This document shows, one piece after another, positions 30,229 through 39,909 of a DNA stretch of 64,000 nt. Numbering within the stretch: the first letter of the stretch is position 1; each line of letters opens with the position of its first letter. The notes below the pieces were generated by a model. That model saw nothing but the letters and a program-made list of their open reading frames with translations. It did not search any database and was not told where the DNA came from. A program made the translations under genes and the position numbers. The DNA comes from Beijerinckiaceae bacterium (GTDB lineage: Bacteria; Pseudomonadota; Alphaproteobacteria; Rhizobiales; Beijerinckiaceae): NCBI GenBank assembly GCA_947453205.1, contig CANGFT010000002.1:55884-119883 (forward strand), in the 5' to 3' direction.

Positions 30229-31020
30229 TTATTCGGCGACGACCCTGTTGCGCAGCACGCCGATGCCCGAAATTTCGATCTCGAGGTCATCTCCGGGCTT
30301 CATGTTGAGCGGCTTGTCATCGGTGCCAAGCCAGATCACGTCGCCGGGCGACATGGTGTTGTATTTCGATATTTCGGCGATGACGGCGGCCGCATCGAAC
30401 TGCATGGCGCCTGTGGGAAAGGAATGGACCGTCACGCCGTTGAGCCGCACATCGGTGCGCATGCCCGAGGGATTCACCCCCTGCACGATCCACGGCCCCA
30501 TGGGCTTGAAGGTGTCGCAGTTCTTGGCGCGGATGTTGGTGGGATCCTTGACCTGCCAGTCACGCTCGCTGACGTCATTGCCGATGGTCCAGCCAAAAAT
30601 ATATTGCGCCGCCTCCGCATGGGAGACGCGGCGCGGCACAGTCTTGCCGATGACCGCGACAAGCTCCGCCTCATATTGGAATTGCTCGCCGGAATCGGCG
30701 GGCTTCACGATGTCCTCGCCATGGGCGATGAGGGCGCTGTTGGCGCGGTAGCCGACGCGCGGCCTGTCGTAGAAGATCGGCTTGCGGCCCATGGCCTCGG
30801 CCATCTTCACGACATGGTCGTGATAGTTGGAGCCGATGGCGTAGAAGGTGGGCGGCACGACGGGAACGAGCAGGCGCGCCTGCGCCAGAGGCGTGACCTG
30901 CCCGGTCTTTTTGAAATCTGCGAAGGGCGAGCCTTCGACAAGGGCGACATCATCGCCTTCCACAAGGCCGAAGCTTGGGCCCTGCGGCGTCTCCACGCGG
31001 CACCATTTCACGATTCCCAT
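30229..31020 (-). CDS. Fumarylacetoacetate hydrolase family protein
   Basis: IGSNYHDH, YEAELVAVIGK, GWTIGNDVSERDWQ, KNCDTFKPMGP and PGDVIWLGT. Confidence 0.9.
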   Translation of the reverse strand: MGIVKWCRVETPQGPSFGLVEGDDVALVEGSPFADFKKTGQVTPLAQARLLVPVVPPTFYAIGSNYHDHVVKMAEAMGRKPIFYDRPRVGYRANSALIAHGEDIVKPADSGEQFQYEAELVAVIGKTVPRRVSHAEAAQYIFGWTIGNDVSERDWQVKDPTNIRAKNCDTFKPMGPWIVQGVNPSGMRTDVRLNGVTVHSFPTGAMQFDAAAVIAEISKYNTMSPGDVIWLGTDDKPLNMKPGDDLEIEISGIGVLRNRVVAE

Positions 31021-31045
31021 CGGGCGTTCCTCGCTATTTTTTTGA

Positions 31046-31633
31046 TCACTTCGGCGCCCGGCGGATCAGGCGCTCGTCATAAACGGTCGTGTCCTGCCCC
31101 CGCACGGGATTGTCGATGGCTTCCTCAAGGCTTTTGGCGCCCTTCCATTCGGAGGGCGGACGCGTGATCCCGTCGCCGCCGACCTGATCGAGGCCCCAGT
31201 AGATCTCCAGCATATGGCCGTCGGGATCGGCGAATTCGACGGCGATCTGCACGCCCGCGCGCCGGCGCCCCTCGACGATGATCGGCACATTGTTGCGCTC
31301 GAGATGCTCGCGGGCCCGGAACACTTCATCAAGCGTGGAGACGGCGAAGGCCATGTGGTGCAGCTCGATGTTGGGCGAGCTGTCGGGCAGGGAGCCGATC
31401 AGCGCGACGCCGTGATGATCCGCGTTGAAGCGCATGAAGACCATGCCGCCGGGCACCATGTCGTCGCCGTAGATGTCGGAGATCTTGAAGCCCAGCACAT
31501 GGGTGTAGAACCGGACGGAGGCCTCGAGGTCGCGGCAATTCAGCACGACATGGCCGATCTTGGTGATGGCGAAAGGCGCGCGGCCGGCCTGCGCGATCGC
31601 CCGAAGGCGGTCATGAAGTCCTGCGTCGCTCAT
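31046..31633 (-). CDS. VOC family protein (extradiol dioxygenase-like)
   Basis: KIGHVVL, DHHGVAL, LHHMAF and DPDGHMLEIY. Confidence 0.85.
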   Translation of the reverse strand: MSDAGLHDRLRAIAQAGRAPFAITKIGHVVLNCRDLEASVRFYTHVLGFKISDIYGDDMVPGGMVFMRFNADHHGVALIGSLPDSSPNIELHHMAFAVSTLDEVFRAREHLERNNVPIIVEGRRRAGVQIAVEFADPDGHMLEIYWGLDQVGGDGITRPPSEWKGAKSLEEAIDNPVRGQDTTVYDERLIRRAPK

Positions 31634-31971
31634 CGCCTGCTCCCTTGCAAAAATCGCTGATCGGATTTGCCGGAGGCTATAACACACGTTTTCATGAAAG
31701 CGGTCCAGCGCCAGCCTCGGCGAAGGCTTGAGCGGGGCCGCAATCGCCGGAAAAGGTGTTTTTCCGACATGAAGGCTATATAAGGACGCAAGCGGACGAG
31801 GTCTTCGTCCTTGACAAAGCAAGGGTGAAGGTGCTGATCGGTGCGAGCCGTCCGGCGCGTCTTTCGCCGATCCGCTCAACCAATCCGGGAAAGCTCAAGC
31901 GCCTGCGCCTTTGTCGCGCGCGTCCCGCCACTCCTCTCGCTCCCCCCTCCTGAAGTCAGGCCCCACGCCTC

Positions 31972-33963
31972 ATGCCCTTTCCGTCCACCAATCCAAGCCT
32001 TGAGCGCGCCCTTGAGGCGCGCGGCTATGGCGAGCCCACCCCCGTGCAAGCCGCCGTCCTTCAGCCAGAAGCCGCCGAGCGCGATCTTCTGGTCTCGGCC
32101 CAGACCGGCTCAGGCAAGACCGTCGCCTATGGCCTCGCCCTCGCCTCGACCCTGCTTCTGGGCGAGGAGCGGTTCGAGGCCCCCTCCGTCCCCATGGCGC
32201 TGATCGTCGCGCCGACGCGCGAACTCGCCATGCAGGTGCAGCGCGAACTGATCTGGCTCTACGGCCCGGCGGGGGCGAGGGTCGCCGCCTGCATCGGCGG
32301 AATGGACGTGCGCCGCGAAGCGCGGGCGCTGGAGGATGGCTGCCATATCGTGGTCGGCACGCCCGGGCGCCTGCGCGACCATCTGGAGCGCGGACGGCTC
32401 GATGTGAGCGCCCTGCGCGCGGTCGTCCTCGACGAGGCCGACGAGATGCTCGATCTGGGCTTTCGCGAGGATATGGAGTTCATTCTCGACGCGACGCCGC
32501 CCGAGCGCCGCACCCTGCTTTTCTCCGCCACCATCCCCCGGGAGATCGCGACCCTGGCGCGGCGCTATCAGCGCGACGCCTTCCGCATCGACACGGTGGA
32601 CCAGACCCAGTCCCATGGCGACATCGACTACCGCGCCCTGCTGATCGCGCCAAACGAGATCGAGCACGCCGTCGTCAATGTGCTGCGCTATTTCGAGCCG
32701 CCGGGCGCGCTGATCTTCTGCCAGACCCGCGAGGCCGTGCGCCATCTGCACGCCAGCCTCGTCGAGCGCGGCTTCGCGGCCGTGGCCCTGTCAGGCGAAT
32801 TCTCCCAGAACGAGCGCACCCACGCCCTGCAATCCCTGCGCGACGGGCGCGCGCGGGTCTGCGTGGCGACCGATGTGGCGGCGCGCGGCATCGACCTGCC
32901 CGGCCTCGAACTCGTCATCCACGCCGAATTGCCCAATGACCGCGACACCCTGCTGCACCGCAGCGGGCGCACGGGCCGCGCGGGCCGCAAGGGCGTGTGC
33001 ATTCTGCTCGCGCCCTATACGCGCCGCCGCAAGGCGGAAGGCCTGATCGCTCAGGCGCGCATCGACGTGCTCTGGGCGGGTCCGCCCACCGCTGAAGAGA
33101 TCCGCCGCGCCGACCAGCAGCGAATCAAGAACGATCCGATTTTCGCAGAGGCCAGCACCGAGGAGGATCTGGAGCTGGCGAAGATGCTCATGGCCGAACG
33201 CAGCCCGGAGGACATCGCCGGCGCCCTCGCGCGCATGTACCGCGCCAAGCTCCCCTCGCCCGAGGACGTGTTCCAGCCCGGCGAAACCGGCAGGCCGCCG
33301 CGCGAACGCCGAGACCGCGAGCGTCCCGACAAGCGCGAGCGCGAAGTGCGCCGCACGCAGGGCCCCGTCCCGGAGGGCGGCGACGCCAGCATGGACCGCT
33401 CGTTCCAGCGCCGCGCCAGCGGACCCATGATCTGGTTCCGCATGAATGTGGGCCGCAACAACAATGCGGACCCCAAGTGGATCGTGCCGGTGATCTGCCG
33501 CCTAGGCCGCATCACCAAGAACGAGATCGGCGTCATCAAGATTTTCGACAAGGAGACGAAGTTCGAGATCCTTGAAGAGGCCGCCCAGAAGTTCGCCGCC
33601 AGCGTGCGCCGCGCCTCTGGCGAGGAGAACGTCAACATCCAGCCCGCCGCAGGCTCCTTGCAGGAGATCCGCAAATTCGCGCCCAAGGCTCCGGGCTCCT
33701 ACATCGACACGCGCAAGCGCGAGGCGGACAGGGGCGCAGGCGAGGGCAAGCCGCGCAGCGCCGACAAGCCCCGCAGCTTCGATAAGCCCCGCAGCTTCGA
33801 CAAGCCCCGCGAAGACGGCGAGCGCAAGGGCAAGTTCAAGAAGGACTTCGCAGGCGGCAAACCCGCGCCCGACAAGCGCCCGCCCTTCGCAGACAAGGCG
33901 GGGGCAGGCGCGCCAGCCGGGCCGAAGAAGTTCGGCAAGAAGCATCGCCCCAAGGCCGACTGA
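31972..33963 (+). CDS. deaD: DEAD-box RNA helicase with DbpA-type RNA-binding domain (DeaD-like)
   Basis: AQTGSGKT, PTRELA, GTPGRL, DEADEML, SAT, TDVAARGID and HRSGRTGRAG. Confidence 0.9.
   Translation: MPFPSTNPSLERALEARGYGEPTPVQAAVLQPEAAERDLLVSAQTGSGKTVAYGLALASTLLLGEERFEAPSVPMALIVAPTRELAMQVQRELIWLYGPAGARVAACIGGMDVRREARALEDGCHIVVGTPGRLRDHLERGRLDVSALRAVVLDEADEMLDLGFREDMEFILDATPPERRTLLFSATIPREIATLARRYQRDAFRIDTVDQTQSHGDIDYRALLIAPNEIEHAVVNVLRYFEPPGALIFCQTREAVRHLHASLVERGFAAVALSGEFSQNERTHALQSLRDGRARVCVATDVAARGIDLPGLELVIHAELPNDRDTLLHRSGRTGRAGRKGVCILLAPYTRRRKAEGLIAQARIDVLWAGPPTAEEIRRADQQRIKNDPIFAEASTEEDLELAKMLMAERSPEDIAGALARMYRAKLPSPEDVFQPGETGRPPRERRDRERPDKREREVRRTQGPVPEGGDASMDRSFQRRASGPMIWFRMNVGRNNNADPKWIVPVICRLGRITKNEIGVIKIFDKETKFEILEEAAQKFAASVRRASGEENVNIQPAAGSLQEIRKFAPKAPGSYIDTRKREADRGAGEGKPRSADKPRSFDKPRSFDKPREDGERKGKFKKDFAGGKPAPDKRPPFADKAGAGAPAGPKKFGKKHRPKAD
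33747..33810 (+). repeat. Coding 18-bp tandem repeat (DKPRSF) in the helicase tail
   Basis: AAGCCGCGCAGCGCC GACAAGCCCCGCAGCTTC GATAAGCCCCGCAGCTTC GACAAGCCCCGC. Confidence 0.8.
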
Positions 33964-34046
33964 GCCTCGACCAAAGCAAAAGGCGGAGATCCTGCGCGAC
34001 TCCGCCGCCGCCCTGTGCGCGCGGCTCGGGCGGCTGGCCTGAACGC

Positions 34047-34077
34047 AAAAAGCCCCCGCGGAAGATCCGCGAGGGCT
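34047..34077 (-). terminator. Rho-independent terminator of the omp25-like gene
   Basis: Minus strand AGCCCTCGCGG-ATCT-TCCGCGGGGGCT followed by TTTT. Confidence 0.65.
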
Positions 34078-34103
34078 CACGCTGAAACGCTACGCCACTG
34101 ATC

Positions 34104-34961
34104 TCAGTAACGGGCCAGAACCGGGGCTGGAGCCGCGACCGGGCCGCCGAAGCGGTAATTTACGCCAAGACGCGCCACATCGACGGAATCGCGACGGCTG
34201 TCCGTGAAGAAGGCATAGCCGGTGTAGCCGCTGTTCGAGGACACATAGACATTATCGCCCCGGTTGAACTGCGAATGCAGATATTCAAGCTTGAGGGAGA
34301 CATTGTTGGTGAAGGCCCATTCGAGGCCGCCGCCCAGCGACCAGCCGACATTGTTGCGGCTGGAGTTGGGAGCGAAGGCCGCGACCTGCACGCCCGAGTT
34401 GTTATAGGCGTAGACGACCTCGTCGCGGCCGCTGTTGCGGAAGGCCGCGCCGCCCGCGATATAGAGCATGGCGCGGTCGAAGGACCAGCCGAGGCGGCCG
34501 CGGACGCCGCCCAGCATGTTGCTGTGCGCGCTGCCTTCCAGCGAATAGGCGTAGGCCGAGCCAATGCCGTTCGGGCCGACATAGTTGACGAAGCCGCGCT
34601 TGGTGTCGTTGCCGACCCAGTTCACATCGCCCTCGATGCCGAAGACCACCGAGCCCATCTGCCAGTTGAAGCCGGCCTGGACGCCGCCGGTGAAGGCCGT
34701 GTCCTCGGAATTGCAGGCGGGCGAGAAGGCGGTGTAACGCGAGCCGAGGACGCCGTTGGAGTAATTATAGAGGCCGGGGCAGTCGTTAGCGCCATGCCAG
34801 GCGGCGCCGGCGTTCACGCCGACGTAGAAGCCGGTCCAGGTGAAGAGCGGAGCCACGTAAGGCGCAGGCGCCACAGACCCGCGCGCGGGCATATCAGCCG
34901 CCGAGGCGGTGGCGGCCATCGCACCGAACGCGATCGCCGACATAAGTACCGTTTTCTTCAT
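34104..34961 (-). CDS. Omp25/RopB family outer membrane beta-barrel protein
   Basis: AADMPAR, FTWTGFYVGVNAG, GFNWQMGSVVFGIEGD, GGGLEWAF, KLEYL and RLGVNYRF. Confidence 0.93.
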   Translation of the reverse strand: MKKTVLMSAIAFGAMAATASAADMPARGSVAPAPYVAPLFTWTGFYVGVNAGAAWHGANDCPGLYNYSNGVLGSRYTAFSPACNSEDTAFTGGVQAGFNWQMGSVVFGIEGDVNWVGNDTKRGFVNYVGPNGIGSAYAYSLEGSAHSNMLGGVRGRLGWSFDRAMLYIAGGAAFRNSGRDEVVYAYNNSGVQVAAFAPNSSRNNVGWSLGGGLEWAFTNNVSLKLEYLHSQFNRGDNVYVSSNSGYTGYAFFTDSRRDSVDVARLGVNYRFGGPVAAPAPVLARY

Positions 34962-35248
34962 TTCAAATCTCCTTGCTGCTGGTCAGCACAAACGGACAGT
35001 CGCGTTTTTTTATTCGAAGAACAAGATAGTAAAACTCAAATGCATTTATTGTGCTTTTATTGTAACATATCCTGTGACTTGACCTTATTTATTACCTAAC
35101 GTCAGAATTTATTATTTATATTTAATTCAATACATTATTCCTGAAGCTTATCTATTCATGCGGGCCGCGCCATGGCCATGCCCCGCGCGACAGGATGCGC
35201 CACAAGGCTGCAGGGCCTATGATGCAGGGCGAATGGAGACAGCAAGCC

Positions 35249-35641
35249 ATGACCAGCGAGGAGCAGATCCTGCGCGCCAACGCCGCCTATTACCGCGCCT
35301 TCCGCACCGGCGATGACGCGCTGATGGGCCGCGTCTGGAACGATTCGGATGTGGTTTGCCTGCACCCGGGCTGGCCGCCGATCATGGGTCGCGCGGAGGT
35401 GCTGGCCTCCTACCGGCGCATCATGTCGAACCCCGACCAGCCGCCCGTCACAAGCCACGAGGAAGCAGTCGTCATCACCGGCGATGTGGCGCGGGTCATC
35501 TGCGTGGAGCGGGTGGCGGGCGCGCAGCTCATCGCCACCAATATGTTCCTGCGCGTTGGCGAGGACTGGCGCATGATCCATCATCACGCCAGCCTCTTGT
35601 CGGCGCCGCGCGCAGCGCCTTCATCGTCAAGACTGAATTGA
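35249..35641 (+). CDS. NTF2/SnoaL-like domain protein
   Basis: ANAAYYRAF, CLHPGWPPI.GR..VLASY, ATNMF and WRMIHHHAS. Confidence 0.85.
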   Translation: MTSEEQILRANAAYYRAFRTGDDALMGRVWNDSDVVCLHPGWPPIMGRAEVLASYRRIMSNPDQPPVTSHEEAVVITGDVARVICVERVAGAQLIATNMFLRVGEDWRMIHHHASLLSAPRAAPSSSRLN

Positions 35642-36670
35642 TCAGGCGGCGGCCGCCGTCACATCGGACTTGCGCAGCGCCGGCATGACCTCCTTCGCGA
35701 AGAGGCTGACGGAGGTCTCCATCTCCGCAAGGGTCAGATCCCCGAAGGCCATCTGGCCGACGCAATAATTGCACAGGGACGTGCCGAGCTGATCCTGCAG
35801 GAAGGCCGCCACCGTCGCGGGGCTGCCGGCGATTCCCTTGCCCTGACGGGCGAGTTCGTCCCAGCTGTCGGGGCGCGGATGGCGGGCCATGCGGCCGAGC
35901 GCCCGGAAGAGATGGGTGAAGCCGCGATGCCAGGCAGGATAGGCCCGCCGCGCGATCTCCAGCGCCTTCTCGTCCGTCTCCGCCACCACAATGAACCGGC
36001 CAAGGCCCATGAGCGGCAGGGGCGCCTCGCCATGCGCCTGCCGCCAGACGTCGCGGAAGACGAGATTGCATTCGCGGGCTTCGTCGGTCTTGTCGAGGTT
36101 GATGGTCTGCCAGCCCCTGCGCGCCGCACGCTCGGCGCTCTCCACGGTGTGCACGCCATACCAGACGCGGGGCGTGGGCTTCTGCAGGGCCGTGATCTTC
36201 AGCACGATGTCGCGATAGGGCTCTTCCTGCTCGGCGACATGCATGACGCCGGTCTCGAGCGCCTCGAGGATGCGCGGCTGGTCGCGCTGGAAGATTTCCT
36301 CCGTCCTGGCGGGATCAATGCCGAAATAGGCGATCTCGACCGGCGAGGAGCCGCGCCCGAAGCCGATGTCGAGCCGTCCGCCGCTCATCTGGTCGATCAT
36401 GGCGATCTCTTCGGCGAGCCGCACGGGATGGTAGAGCGGCAGGGCGTAGACCATGGGGCCGAAGCGCAGCTGCTTCGTGCGCTGGGCGACCGCCGACAGG
36501 AAAACATTGGGGGACGGCGCCATGCCCAGGGTCGTCGCATGGTGCTCGGCCAGATGGTAGGAATGGAACCCGAAGCGGTCGAAAAGCTCGATGACCCTCA
36601 GCCGCTCCTGATAATATTGCTCGAAGGGCTTCGACTCATTGTCGAGGTGGTCGAAAATGCCAAATTCCAT
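35642..36670 (-). CDS. LLM-class flavin-dependent oxidoreductase
   Basis: MEFGIFDHLD, LAEHHATTLG..PSP and IDQMSGGRLDIGFGRG. Confidence 0.9.
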   Translation of the reverse strand: MEFGIFDHLDNESKPFEQYYQERLRVIELFDRFGFHSYHLAEHHATTLGMAPSPNVFLSAVAQRTKQLRFGPMVYALPLYHPVRLAEEIAMIDQMSGGRLDIGFGRGSSPVEIAYFGIDPARTEEIFQRDQPRILEALETGVMHVAEQEEPYRDIVLKITALQKPTPRVWYGVHTVESAERAARRGWQTINLDKTDEARECNLVFRDVWRQAHGEAPLPLMGLGRFIVVAETDEKALEIARRAYPAWHRGFTHLFRALGRMARHPRPDSWDELARQGKGIAGSPATVAAFLQDQLGTSLCNYCVGQMAFGDLTLAEMETSVSLFAKEVMPALRKSDVTAAAA

Positions 36671-36739
36671 GGATCGTTTGCTCCCGGGTCTGCGCGGGCA
36701 GATTGCCACAAGGCGGCGCACAGGCAAAGCGCGACAGAT

Positions 36740-37546
36740 TCACTCCGCCGACCAGCCCCCGTCATGGGCGATCACCTGCCCCGTGACATAGGAGGAGGCG
36801 GGGCTCGCCAGATAGACCGCAAGGCCCACGAGATCGTCAGGCAGTCCCCTCCGCCCCATGGGAATGCGGCTGTTGACCATGGATTCGAGATGGGCGAGCT
36901 CGTCAGGCGAAAGCCCGGAGAGGCGCGCCCCGCCAAGCCGCGTTCCCCCGTGCCAGCCCGGCGCGATGGCGTTCACCCGGATGCCCTCGCGCGCATATTC
37001 CATCGCCGCCTGCCGGGTGAGCCCGATGACGCCCGCCTTCGAGGCGGCGTAATTGACGCAGAGCCGCGCCGTGCCGGGATAATAGCCCGCCAGCCCCGCG
37101 ATCGAGGAGATGTTGACGATGGAGCCGGAGCCCCGCTCCAGCATCATGCCGATGGCCGCCCGCGTGCACAGGAAGACCCCGCGCAGGTTGATGCCCATCA
37201 GCCGGTCCCAGTCCTCGACCGCCAGCTCGTGCAGCCGCCGGGGCCCGGTGGAAATGCCGGCATTGTTGATGAGAATGTCGAGGCGGCCATGCAGGCGCGC
37301 GATCTCGCCAAAGAGCCCGTCCACGGACTGGGTCTCCGCCACATCGACGAAAATCGCCTCCGCCGAGCCGCCGCCCGAGCGGATCATGGCGGCCGTCTCC
37401 TCGGCGTCGGCGATGTTGCGGTCTGCGCAGATGACATGGGCGCCGAAATCGGCGAGGCCGCGGGCGAAGGACCGGCCGAGGCCGAAAGCGGCCCCCGTGA
37501 CCAGCGCAACCTGTCCATCCATGCGGAAAATCGTCTCAAAGCCCAC
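36740..37546 (-). CDS. SDR family oxidoreductase (start uncertain)
   Basis: TGAAFGLG, NNAG, NISS, YAASK and IRVNAIAPG. Confidence 0.9.
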   Translation of the reverse strand: MGFETIFRMDGQVALVTGAAFGLGRSFARGLADFGAHVICADRNIADAEETAAMIRSGGGSAEAIFVDVAETQSVDGLFGEIARLHGRLDILINNAGISTGPRRLHELAVEDWDRLMGINLRGVFLCTRAAIGMMLERGSGSIVNISSIAGLAGYYPGTARLCVNYAASKAGVIGLTRQAAMEYAREGIRVNAIAPGWHGGTRLGGARLSGLSPDELAHLESMVNSRIPMGRRGLPDDLVGLAVYLASPASSYVTGQVIAHDGGWSAE

Positions 37547-37710
37547 GGCGCCCTCCCGGATCGGCGCGGTCCCGCGCCGTCTCACATTGGCGTCATCTGA
37601 ACATGCCGATCGCCAGCGTGGCAAGGGCGCGAGCCCCTTGAGCGCCTCTGAGGCGGCTTTCCCCGCCGTTCCCGCTTTGCAGGCTTCGCGCAGGGTGCTA
37701 TCTGCCACCC

Positions 37711-39516
37711 ATGACGACGCATCCCTTCGACAACATCCGCAATTTTTCCATCGTGGCCCATATCGACCACGGGAAATCGACCCTCGCCGACCGGCTCATC
37801 CAGCAGACCGGCACGGTGGCCGCGCGCGACATGGTCGAGCAGGTGCTCGACTCCATGGACATCGAGCGCGAGCGCGGCATCACCATCAAGGCCCAGACCG
37901 TGCGGCTCGACTACAAGGCGCAGGATGGCAAGTCCTACATCCTGAACCTCATGGACACGCCCGGCCACGTCGACTTCGCCTATGAAGTGTCCCGCTCGCT
38001 GGCGGCCTGCGAAGGCTCGCTGCTCGTGGTGGACGCCTCGCAGGGCGTGGAGGCCCAGACCCTCGCCAATGTCTATCAGGCCCTCGATGCCGGCCATGAG
38101 ATCGTGCCCGTCCTCAACAAGATCGACCTGCCCGCCGCCGAGCCCGAGCGCATCAAGCAGCAGATCGAGGACGTGATCGGCCTCGACGCATCCGAGGCCG
38201 TGCCCATTTCAGCAAAGACCGGCATCGGCATCGACCTCGTGCTGGAGGCCATCGTCCAGCGCCTGCCGCCGCCCAAGGGCGACGAGACCGCGCCGCTCAA
38301 GGCCATGCTGGTCGACAGCTATTACGACGCTTATCTGGGCGTCGTCGTCATCGTGCGCGTCATCGATGGCGTGATGAAGAAGGGGCAGCGCATCAAGATG
38401 ATGGGCGCCGACGCCCATTACGAGATCGAGAAGATCGGCGTCTTCAAGCCGAAGATGCAGGACATCGCCCAGCTCGGCCCCGGCGAGGTCGGCTTCATCA
38501 CCGCGCAGATCAAGCAGGTCGCGGACACCCGCGTCGGCGACACGATCACAGATGAAAAGCGCGGCTGCACGGAGGCCCTGCCGGGCTTCAAACCGGCGCA
38601 GCCCGTGGTCTTCTGCGGTCTCTTCCCCGTGGACGCCGCCGACTTCGAGGATCTACGCGCCGCCATGGGCAAGCTGCGCCTCAACGACGCCAGCTTCTCC
38701 TATGAGATGGAGACCTCGGCGGCGCTGGGCTTCGGCTTCCGCTGCGGCTTCCTCGGGCTCCTGCATCTCGAGATCATTCAGGAGCGCCTGTCGCGCGAGT
38801 TCAACCTCGACCTGATCGCGACCGCGCCCAGCGTCGTCTACCAGATCACGCTCACCAACGGCGAGACGATCGAGCTGCACAATCCCGCGGACATGCCGGA
38901 TGTCGTGAAGATCGAGGAGATCGCAGAGCCCTGGATCCGCGCCACCATCCTGACCCCCGACGAACATCTGGGCTCCGTGCTGAAGCTCTGTCAGGAGCGG
39001 CGCGGACTGCAGATTGATCTGAGCTATGTCGGCAAGCGCGCCATGGCCGTCTATGACCTGCCGCTGAATGAAGTTGTGTTCGATTTCTATGACCGGCTGA
39101 AGTCGATCTCGAAGGGCTACGCCAGCTTCGACTACCAGATCACCGACTATCGCGCGGGCGATCTTGTGAAGATGTCGATCCTCGTCAACGCCGAGCCCGT
39201 GGACGCCCTGTCGATGCTCGTGCATCGCACGCGGGCGGACCATCGCGGACGCGGCATGGTGGAGAAGCTGAAGGATCTCATCCCCCCGCATATGTTCCAG
39301 ATTCCGATTCAGGCGGCGCTGGGGGGCAAGATCATCGCCCGCGAAACCGTCCGCGCCCTGCGCAAGGATGTGACCGCCAAATGCTATGGTGGCGACGCCA
39401 GCCGCAAGCGCAAGCTGCTCGACAAGCAGAAAGAGGGCAAGAAGCGCATGCGGCAGTTCGGCAAGGTCGAAATTCCGCAGGAAGCCTTCATCGCCGCCCT
39501 CAAGATGGATAGTTGA
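37711..39516 (+). CDS. lepA: Elongation factor 4
   Basis: [43 protein letters not shown] and KCYGGD. Confidence 0.98.
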   Translation: MTTHPFDNIRNFSIVAHIDHGKSTLADRLIQQTGTVAARDMVEQVLDSMDIERERGITIKAQTVRLDYKAQDGKSYILNLMDTPGHVDFAYEVSRSLAACEGSLLVVDASQGVEAQTLANVYQALDAGHEIVPVLNKIDLPAAEPERIKQQIEDVIGLDASEAVPISAKTGIGIDLVLEAIVQRLPPPKGDETAPLKAMLVDSYYDAYLGVVVIVRVIDGVMKKGQRIKMMGADAHYEIEKIGVFKPKMQDIAQLGPGEVGFITAQIKQVADTRVGDTITDEKRGCTEALPGFKPAQPVVFCGLFPVDAADFEDLRAAMGKLRLNDASFSYEMETSAALGFGFRCGFLGLLHLEIIQERLSREFNLDLIATAPSVVYQITLTNGETIELHNPADMPDVVKIEEIAEPWIRATILTPDEHLGSVLKLCQERRGLQIDLSYVGKRAMAVYDLPLNEVVFDFYDRLKSISKGYASFDYQITDYRAGDLVKMSILVNAEPVDALSMLVHRTRADHRGRGMVEKLKDLIPPHMFQIPIQAALGGKIIARETVRALRKDVTAKCYGGDASRKRKLLDKQKEGKKRMRQFGKVEIPQEAFIAALKMDS

Positions 39517-39519
39517 GGC

Positions 39520-39909
39520 TCAGGCCAGCAGCGCCCGCAGCCTCGCCTCGAGCGCCGCTTCATCCCTGAGCTCGCATTCCCACACGACAAGCGTTCTCCA
39601 ACCCTCGCGCGACAGCCGCGCGAGGGTTTCTTCGTCGCGGGCGCGGTTGCGCGCGATCTTGGCGGTCCAGTAGCCGCGGTTGTCTTTTGGCACGCGCGAC
39701 CCGCGCTTGCAGTCGTGCCCATGCCAGAAACAGCCATGCATGAAGATGGCGATCCTGCGGCCGATGAAGGCGATGTCGGGGGAGCCGGGAATGTCGCGCC
39801 GGTTGAGCCGGTAGCCCGGCGCTATGGCGCGGACCTTCTGGCGCAGGATGCGTTCGGGCTTTGTATTCTTGCCCTTTATGGCGCGCATGATGTCGGAGCG
39901 GGTGGTCAC
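39520..39909 (-). CDS. vsr: Very short patch repair endonuclease
   Basis: RSDIMRAIKGKNTKPE, GSPDIAF, FMHGCFWHGH, KIARNRARD and VVWEC. Confidence 0.92.
   Translation of the reverse strand: MTTRSDIMRAIKGKNTKPERILRQKVRAIAPGYRLNRRDIPGSPDIAFIGRRIAIFMHGCFWHGHDCKRGSRVPKDNRGYWTAKIARNRARDEETLARLSREGWRTLVVWECELRDEAALEARLRALLA

Noticed and set aside
33747-33810. DKPRSF repeats as a special system
   Set aside because: Low-complexity charged tails are common in DEAD-box helicases
35100-35140. Possible CtrA box upstream of omp25
   Set aside because: No TTAA-N7-TTAA spacing found
35879-37600. 573-aa plus-strand ORF, and similar long ORFs at 46096-47913, 39954-41597, 10894-12414 and 17991-19424
   Set aside because: They are antisense shadows of well-supported genes; long stop-free antisense frames are expected at this GC content and show no motifs
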